Assembly (NCBI GenBank): GCA_904420535.1
Contig: CAJFVQ010000009.1
Span: forward strand, 7,694 to 71,693
From: Candidatus Cryptoclostridium obscurum
GTDB lineage: Bacteria; Bacillota; Dehalobacteriia; UBA7702
Direction of reading: 5' to 3'
Length of the DNA stretch: 64,000 bases
A model generated the notes under the pieces. It was not told where the DNA came from. It did not search any database and saw nothing but the letters and a program-made list of their open reading frames with translations. Below, piece after piece: positions 57,879 to 64,000 of the stretch. The first letter of the stretch is position 1. Every line of letters begins with the position of its first letter. A program made the position numbers and the translations under genes.

Positions 57879-58073
57879 ATGAAAATTAATGGTAAGACCG
57901 TTCCATGGTCAGCCCCGATCTCCCTGTCCCAGTGGTTGCAGGAGAACGGCTATGGTCAAGGGCGTGTCGCTGTGGAACGAAACGGAGAAATCATACCAAA
58001 GTCTCAATATGATACTGTGATCCTCAGGGAAGGAGACTGTTTGGAAATCGTGCATTTTGTGGGCGGTGGTTGA
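57879..58073 (+). CDS. thiS: Sulfur carrier protein
   Basis: INGK, VAVERNGEII, C-terminal FVGGG. Confidence 0.95.
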   Translation: MKINGKTVPWSAPISLSQWLQENGYGQGRVAVERNGEIIPKSQYDTVILREGDCLEIVHFVGGG

Positions 58074-58095
58074 TACTTTTGGAAAGTGAGATTTT

Positions 58096-58728
58096 ATGGT
58101 TACAAAAGAAATATTACAAGAAGCCTTAGCAAAGCGTATTGGCCAAAAGGCTTTTGAGCGATTACAGCAATCTGCCGTGGCTGTGGCAGGACTTGGAGGG
58201 CTCGGTTCCCATATTGCTGTGATGCTGGCTCGCAGCGGTGTGGGGAAACTCTTTTTGGTGGATTTTGATACGGTGGATATTTCCAATCTCAACCGTCAAG
58301 TTTACCGCATCAATGATATTGGCAGGTCCAAAACTGAGGCCATGGCGGAAATCATTGGAGAAATCAATCCCTATACAGTCGTAGAGACATTGCAAACCCG
58401 GGTGAGAACAGAGAATGTAGGGAAACTTTTTGGGGATTACTCCATTGTTTGTGAAGCCTTTGACGTTGCTGAGGAAAAGGCAATGCTCGTCAATACCTTA
58501 TTGGAGCAATGTCCCAATACCGTTATCATTTCCGGCATTGGTATGGCAGGATACGGCAGCAGCAATGAAATTGTGACCAAGCAGTCGATGAAGCGTCTCT
58601 ATCTTTGCGGGGACGGTCATAGTGATAGTGGCCATGGCCCAGGGTTGACAGCGCCTCGAGTAACGCTTTGCGCGGCGCATCAGGGAAATATGGCGCTCCG
58701 CCTTATTATGGGGGAAACAGAAGCGTAA
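58096..58728 (+). CDS. thiF: ThiS adenylyltransferase
   Basis: [26 protein letters not shown]. Confidence 0.92.
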   Translation: MVTKEILQEALAKRIGQKAFERLQQSAVAVAGLGGLGSHIAVMLARSGVGKLFLVDFDTVDISNLNRQVYRINDIGRSKTEAMAEIIGEINPYTVVETLQTRVRTENVGKLFGDYSIVCEAFDVAEEKAMLVNTLLEQCPNTVIISGIGMAGYGSSNEIVTKQSMKRLYLCGDGHSDSGHGPGLTAPRVTLCAAHQGNMALRLIMGETEA

Positions 58729-58762
58729 ATATATGATTTATGGAAGGAATAGGAGAATCATC

Positions 58763-59533
58763 GTGAATAAGGACAAACTCATCATTGGCGGACATGAGTT
58801 CCGCTCACGGTTTATTTTAGGTTCGGGAAAATACAATGTAGCATTGATCAAAGCTGCAGTGGAATGTGCTGGAGCAGAAATGATCACTTTGGCGCTGCGT
58901 CGCGTCAATTCTGCCGGAGAAGGGAGTATCTTGGAACATATTCCCCAGGGAGTGACGCTGCTACCCAATACCTCCGGCGCCAGAAACGCAGAAGAATCAT
59001 TGCGTATCGCTCGTCTCGCAAGGGAACTAGGTTGCGGGGATTTTATCAAAGTTGAGGTGATTCACGATTCCAAATATCTGCTTCCCGATAATTATGAAAC
59101 TGTAAAGGCCACGGAATTATTGGCGAAAGAGGGTTTTATCGTTTTGCCCTATATGTATCCGGATCTCAATGCTGCCAGGGATATGGTTAATGCCGGAGCA
59201 GCTGCTATTATGCCTTTGGCCGCTCCCATTGGTTCCAATAAAGGCCTTTCCACGAAGGATTTTATTGAGATTCTCGTTGATGAGATCGACCTTCCCATCA
59301 TTGTAGATGCGGGAATCGGTCGTCCTTCCCAGGCTTGTGAGGCCATGGAAATGGGGGTTTCCGCCATTATGGCCAATACTGCCATTGCCACGGCGGGAGA
59401 TATCCCTATGATGGCCACAGCTTTCCGCAAGGCAATTGAAGCGGGCCGCGAAGCATACCTGGCAAAACTTGGTCGCGTGGTGGGAAAAGGCGGCGTTGCA
59501 TCCTCTCCGTTGACGGGCTTTTTGGCCGATTAA
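58763..59533 (+). CDS. thiG: Thiazole synthase
   Basis: GTG after AGGAG; LPNTSGA, IKVEV, LLPD, PIGSNKG, DAGIG. Confidence 0.96.
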   Translation: MNKDKLIIGGHEFRSRFILGSGKYNVALIKAAVECAGAEMITLALRRVNSAGEGSILEHIPQGVTLLPNTSGARNAEESLRIARLARELGCGDFIKVEVIHDSKYLLPDNYETVKATELLAKEGFIVLPYMYPDLNAARDMVNAGAAAIMPLAAPIGSNKGLSTKDFIEILVDEIDLPIIVDAGIGRPSQACEAMEMGVSAIMANTAIATAGDIPMMATAFRKAIEAGREAYLAKLGRVVGKGGVASSPLTGFLAD

Positions 59534-59551
59534 GGGAAGAAAGGGAGAATT

Positions 59552-60712
59552 ATGATGAAACAACCAGTGGATCATATGAAATATATGGAGGGTATGGAGG
59601 TGATCTCTTCCGAGGTTATGGATCGCGTCATCGCTGACAGAGAGGCTTACGACCCATCGTATTATACTGCCGCCCATGTTCAATCTGCTTTGGGGCGGGA
59701 ACATTGCACCCAAGAGGATTTCGCGGCACTGCTTTCTCCTGCGGCGGAACCGTTTTTGGAGGAAATGGCCCAAAAAGCAAAAACGGAAACAGCAAAACAT
59801 TTTGGTAGCTCTATTTATCTTTTCACGCCGCTTTACATTTCCAATTATTGTGAAAATTACTGTGTGTATTGTGGCTTTAATTGCCACAATCGGATCAGTC
59901 GCGCCAAGTTGGAAATGACCGATGTGGAACGAGAACTCAAAGCCATTGCCGCCACAGGGTTGGAAGAAATACTAATCCTTACCGGGGAAAGTCGAAAAAA
60001 GTCCGATGTGGCCTATATCGGGGAAGCGTGCAAACTTGCCAAACAGTATTTTAAAAATGTGGGAATTGAGGTTTACCCCATGAATTCCGACGAATACGCT
60101 TATCTGCACCAATGCGGCGTTGATTTTGTCACGGTATTTCAGGAAACTTATGATTCTGACCGCTATGAAACATTGCATTTAGCCGGACATAAGCGTGTAT
60201 TTCCCTATCGCATTAACGCCCAGGAACGGGCTTTGATGGGAGGAATGCGGGGCGTAGCTTTCGGGGCCTTGTTGGGCCTTGCCGACTTCCGCAAAGACGC
60301 TTTTGCTACAGGGACACATGGGTGGCTGCTGCAAAAAAAATATCCCCATGCGGAGATCTCTTTTTCCTGCCCTCGTTTGCGCCCCATTGTGAACAATGAT
60401 CAGATCAATCCCAAAGATGTTCATGAACGCCAGCTGCTTCAGGTCATGTGCGCCTATCGAATTTTTATGCCATTCGCCGGCCTTACCATTTCCAGCAGAG
60501 AACGGGCCGGATTTCGCGACCATGTTGTGGGACTTTGCGCCACAAAAATTTCCGCAGGCGTTAGCACCGGTATCGGCAGTCATGTGGAAGAAGTATCGGA
60601 AAAAGGCGACGAACAGTTTGAGATCGCTGATAATCGTAATTTGGATGAGGTGTGCGCCGCCATTCGCAGTCGAGGACTGCAACCTGTAATGAACGATTAT
60701 ATTTTCGTGTGA
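59552..60712 (+). CDS. thiH: 2-iminoacetate synthase (radical SAM tyrosine lyase)
   Basis: PLYISNYCENYCVYCGF, FQETY, PRLRP, QFEIAD.R. Confidence 0.95.
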   Translation: MMKQPVDHMKYMEGMEVISSEVMDRVIADREAYDPSYYTAAHVQSALGREHCTQEDFAALLSPAAEPFLEEMAQKAKTETAKHFGSSIYLFTPLYISNYCENYCVYCGFNCHNRISRAKLEMTDVERELKAIAATGLEEILILTGESRKKSDVAYIGEACKLAKQYFKNVGIEVYPMNSDEYAYLHQCGVDFVTVFQETYDSDRYETLHLAGHKRVFPYRINAQERALMGGMRGVAFGALLGLADFRKDAFATGTHGWLLQKKYPHAEISFSCPRLRPIVNNDQINPKDVHERQLLQVMCAYRIFMPFAGLTISSRERAGFRDHVVGLCATKISAGVSTGIGSHVEEVSEKGDEQFEIADNRNLDEVCAAIRSRGLQPVMNDYIFV

Positions 60713-60723
60713 GGATTGAGATC

Positions 60724-61314
60724 ATGGAACAAAAATCTTTGGTGAAGGTGGCAGTAACCAATCGCCGTCTTTGCGAAAGCTCCCTCGGGGAGCAGATCGC
60801 TCGCTTGGCCAATGAGAAGGTCCATCGTCCGGATCTTTTGATTTTGCGGGAAAAAGATCTGCCGGAAAATGAGTATGAAGCGTTGGCGCGGGAAGTGCTT
60901 TCATTGTGTGAAGACCTAAATCTCCGGTGCATACTCCATACGTATGTTGAGACTGCCCGAAGGCTGAGAGTCGATGGGATCCATTTGCCGTTTTCTTTGT
61001 GGAGGAAACATCTTGAAGAACTTTCAGATTTTTCCTTCCTGGGGGTTTCCGTTCACAGTGTGGAAGAAGCGCGTTTTGCCCAGGAACATGGTGTTTCTTA
61101 TCTTACTGCAGGCCACATTTTTGCCACCGATTGTAAAAAAGGAGCGCCACCTCGGGGCCTCAATTTTTTAAAAGAAGTGTGCGAATCTGTTTATGTTCCC
61201 GTTTATGCCATTGGGGGGATCACCCCTCAAAGAATCCCCGAGATTGTGCAAGGGTGCCCATCTATTGCCGGAGTTTGCATGATGTCTTATTATATGAAAC
61301 TTTCAATCAGATAA
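60724..61314 (+). CDS. ThiE/TenI family protein, more TenI-like (thiazole tautomerase)
   Basis: ILREKDL, GIHLP, SVHS, GHIFATDCKKG, YAIGGI. Confidence 0.75.
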   Translation: MEQKSLVKVAVTNRRLCESSLGEQIARLANEKVHRPDLLILREKDLPENEYEALAREVLSLCEDLNLRCILHTYVETARRLRVDGIHLPFSLWRKHLEELSDFSFLGVSVHSVEEARFAQEHGVSYLTAGHIFATDCKKGAPPRGLNFLKEVCESVYVPVYAIGGITPQRIPEIVQGCPSIAGVCMMSYYMKLSIR

Positions 61315-61357
61315 GAGATAAGCATTCAAGATGATCAGACGGAACAATAAGCGAAGT

Positions 61358-61392
61358 AAACGCAGGAGTTCTTTATGGAACTCCTGCGTTTT
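61358..61392. terminator. Bidirectional terminator
   Basis: AAACGCAGGAGTTC...GAACTCCTGCGTTTT between convergent operons. Confidence 0.8.
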
Positions 61393-61429
61393 GTAAAGGA
61401 AAGAAAATAGAGAAGAAAGAGGATTTGCT

Positions 61430-61795
61430 TTATGATTCTTCACCCTGAGGTGGGTTGATTGCTGCGGCGCCGGTATCTCTAGTGCGAATACGAATGACGT
61501 TGTCGAGATCGTAGACAAAGATCTTTCCATCGCCTACATTACCAGTATAGGCGGAGTCAATAATGGCGTTGATGGCTTTTTCCGCCCATTCGTCGGTAGA
61601 AACGACGATTTCGAATTTGATTTTTGCCATTAAATGGATGTCAACATGTTGCCCGCGGACAACTTCCGTCATTCCATGTTGTGTTCCGCATCCCATGACT
61701 TGATACATGGTGATACCATGAACTTCTATATTATTTAACGCTTCTTTGACGTCCTCCATTTTTTCGGGACGGACGATGGCTTCAATTTTTTTCAT
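61430..61795 (-). CDS. glnK: P-II family nitrogen regulator (GlnK/NrgB type)
   Basis: MKKIEAIVRPEK, G.G.Q.G, TGNVGDGKIFV, IRIRT; follows amtB. Confidence 0.9.
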   Translation of the reverse strand: MKKIEAIVRPEKMEDVKEALNNIEVHGITMYQVMGCGTQHGMTEVVRGQHVDIHLMAKIKFEIVVSTDEWAEKAINAIIDSAYTGNVGDGKIFVYDLDNVIRIRTRDTGAAAINPPQGEES

Positions 61796-61829
61796 AACAA
61801 TGATCCTTTCTATTGGATGATTTGGATGA

Positions 61830-63059
61830 TTAGTCTAACCCGTTGAAGGAAGGATAGGCTGATTCGCCGTGTTCGGTATAGTCGAGGCCAAGTTGTTCCT
61901 CTTTGGGCGAGACGCGCAACGGAGTAATGAGTCGTACTAATCCCAGACAAATCAACGTGCCAACCACTGCCACAGCAATGGTGATGACAATGCTGAGTAC
62001 TTGGGCAACGAAGAGTTGTGTATCGCCGAAAAACAAGCCGTTCCATTGGGCAACGTCATTGATGGAAGTCTGTGCGAAAAGCCCCGTGGCGATACCGCCC
62101 CAAATGCCGCCGATCCCGTGACAACCAAAGGCATCCAAAGCATCATCATAACCGAAACGAGTCTTAATGACTGTCACACAGAAATAACAAATGGGACTTG
62201 CCAAAGCGCCGATGATAAAGGATGCCCAAATTGGGACAAACCCTGCGCCGGGAGTAATGGCCACAAGACCGATGACCAGGCCGGTAAGCGCCCCGACCAA
62301 TGTGGGCTTTTTATCTCTGATCACATCGATCAACATCCAGGAAAGCATGGCGCAGGCAGCGGAAGTGTTGGTGGTGATAAAAGCATGAACCGCCAAACCG
62401 TTGGCAGCCAATGCGCTGCCGCCGTTGAAGCCAAACCATCCGAACCAGAGAATGGTGGCGCCCAGAAGAATAAATGGGATATTGTGGGGTTTGTAGCGGA
62501 TATCTTTCCGTTTCCCTAAAATGATAGCAGCCACAAGACCACTAACACCGGAGCTGATGTGAACCACATTGCCGCCGGCAAAGTCAACAGAGCCGATATC
62601 GGCCAAGAACCCACCGCCCCAAACCATATGAGCCATGGGGTAGTATACCAAAAAAGACCAGAAAATAATGAAGAAGAAAAGTGCTTTAAATTTCATTCTG
62701 CCTGCCAAAGCCCCGGTAATTAATGCGGGGGTGATGATGGCAAACATCATTTGAAATGCGGCGAAAGCCAAATGGGGGATGGTATCGGAATAAGGTCCGG
62801 CCTCCCAACCTACGCCGTTAAGTCCCAACCAGTCGAGGTTGCCAATGACACTGCCGATGTCACCACTGAATGACAGGGAATAACCGACAAGCACCCACAA
62901 CACGGAAGCAACCCCCATAATAAAAAGAGAAGACATCATGGTGTTCAGTACGTTTTTGCGGCGTACCAAACCGCCGTAAAAGAATGCGAGTCCCGGTGTC
63001 ATAAACATTACCAGCGTTGTGCATATCAGCACAAATGCGGTATCTCCTGCGTTAATCAT
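61830..63059 (-). CDS. amtB: Ammonium transporter
   Basis: PGLAFFYGG, FQMMFA, DFAGGNVVH, WFGWFGFNGGS, DDALDAFGCHG. Confidence 0.97.
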   Translation of the reverse strand: MINAGDTAFVLICTTLVMFMTPGLAFFYGGLVRRKNVLNTMMSSLFIMGVASVLWVLVGYSLSFSGDIGSVIGNLDWLGLNGVGWEAGPYSDTIPHLAFAAFQMMFAIITPALITGALAGRMKFKALFFFIIFWSFLVYYPMAHMVWGGGFLADIGSVDFAGGNVVHISSGVSGLVAAIILGKRKDIRYKPHNIPFILLGATILWFGWFGFNGGSALAANGLAVHAFITTNTSAACAMLSWMLIDVIRDKKPTLVGALTGLVIGLVAITPGAGFVPIWASFIIGALASPICYFCVTVIKTRFGYDDALDAFGCHGIGGIWGGIATGLFAQTSINDVAQWNGLFFGDTQLFVAQVLSIVITIAVAVVGTLICLGLVRLITPLRVSPKEEQLGLDYTEHGESAYPSFNGLD

Positions 63060-63074
63060 AGTTCCTCACTCCTT

Positions 63075-63165
63075 AAAATAAAAAATGAAGATGTCCCGGA
63101 ATCCCAAGGGATTCAAGAACATCTTCGTTCCCCTTCAATATACCAAACTATGCCGAGAATGTCAA
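63075..63165 (-). promoter_or_regulatory. amtB promoter and terminator-containing leader
   Basis: TTGACA (63165-63160), 17 bp, TATATT; hairpin 63126-63087 followed by a U-rich tract before the RBS. Confidence 0.7.
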
Positions 63166-63511
63166 TATGGATTTTGAAAAAATTACATGAAACTTTCATC
63201 GTATCTTCATGGGGATTTTAAATATTGCTTAGGACTGATATAAAATACAAAGTTCACTCTGTTTAAAGATCAGTAAAAATGTATGGTGGTTTTTCATTTT
63301 ATGATTGTTTAGGGAAAGGGGATTGGCGTAAGAACGCAGGAGATACAAACTTCCGCGACATGATAGCTTATGATGATTTATGTATAATTTGATAAATTAT
63401 ACATTTATAGTGGATTCAATCATATAACGAAAAAGCTATCTGGCAATCATAGACGAAGTATAGCAGCTAGTATGGAGAACGGTCAAGAAGTCATGGTTTC
63501 CCAAGAAAGTG

Positions 63512-63540
63512 TTGACAACTGCATAGTATAATTTTATAAT
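63512..63540 (+). promoter_or_regulatory. Consensus sigma-A promoter
   Basis: TTGACA, 17 bp, TATAAT. Confidence 0.8.
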
Positions 63541-63594
63541 TGAATAATCAATAAAAAATAGAAAAATATGTTTTCATAAAAGAAAGGTGTACAG

Positions 63595-64000
63595 ATGAAG
63601 AAAAAACTTTTATTTTCAATGCTACTCGTCGTAATGCTGGCCTTTTCTCTTCCCGTCGCGGCTCAGGACGAAGACCCCGGCAGCGGTCGTTTGGAAACGA
63701 GGGCTGATTCCACGTTTTATGAAAGTCCTGTGGCTACGTCTTCTAGCAGTGATGTGATTTTGTCTTACGATACATATCAAAGCCCTTTGACCGGGCTTAC
63801 CTATACTTTGCGTCAGTCGGGTAATGTCGTCAATGGAATCGACGTCTCTTATTATAATGGGAACGTCAATTGGGAAGAAGTAAAGGCAGCTGGTATTGAT
63901 TTCGTTATCATTCGTTGTGGCTATCGTGGTTATGGTGCCGAGGGTAATATAGCCCAAGATGTCAAATTTGAATCTAATATTCAGGGCGCCCTTGCGGCCG
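63595..64000 (+). CDS. Secreted GH25 lysozyme/muramidase (runs off the window; not in the ORF track)
   Basis: My translation: signal peptide MKKKLLFSMLLVVMLAFSLPVAA, then GIDVSYYNGNVNWEEVKAAGIDFVIIRCGYRGYG. Confidence 0.9.
   Translation, partial: MKKKLLFSMLLVVMLAFSLPVAAQDEDPGSGRLETRADSTFYESPVATSSSSDVILSYDTYQSPLTGLTYTLRQSGNVVNGIDVSYYNGNVNWEEVKAAGIDFVIIRCGYRGYGAEGNIAQDVKFESNIQGALAA

Noticed and set aside
5679..62519. Many long antisense or overlapping ORFs in the track (e.g. 5679-6428, 11686-12306, 56818-57474, 59117-59887)
   Set aside because: Shadows of well-supported genes on the other strand or frame, without RBS or family motifs
1..64000. CRISPR arrays, tRNA/rRNA genes, transposases, integrases, prophage
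   Set aside because: No repeat-spacer periodicity, tRNA arms or recombinase motifs were seen by eye; the GH25 gene has a signal peptide and host-type promoter with no phage neighbours

Overview
A 64-kb chromosomal window from an anaerobic, probably spore-forming clostridial Firmicute. The taxon is inferred from gene content: sigma-A promoters, spoVD/spoVE-type dcw genes, a SafA-like LysM protein and a corrinoid protein. Core blocks are pyk (partial), lspA-rluD, a PyrR-attenuated pyr operon lacking carAB, rplU-rpmA-obgE-yhbY (no prp gene, short L27), the mraZ-to-murA dcw cluster, purF, a thiS-thiF-thiG-thiH-tenI operon behind a probable HMP-PP (thiS-motif) riboswitch, amtB/P-II and a partial GH25 muramidase. 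Accessory stretches carry a B12/iron-chelate ABC importer next to an orphan corrinoid protein, a sodium:solute symporter, a YlbF-MoxR-VWA-zinc-ribbon unit, an ABC-2/TetR unit, LysR-PhzF with decayed neighbours, a two-component system, a MerR-box-controlled cupin/flavodoxin operon and a soluble FAD/Fe-S reductase pair. I found three pseudogenes not called as such in the ORF track (VOC, YbaK, EamA). I saw no tRNA, rRNA, CRISPR array, transposase or integrase. The most intriguing unexplained element is a ~380-nt structured leader ending in a strong intrinsic terminator 19 nt before mraZ, which suggests attenuation or antitermination of the whole cell-division/cell-wall operon. All calls are by eye from motifs; no database searches or folding programs were run.
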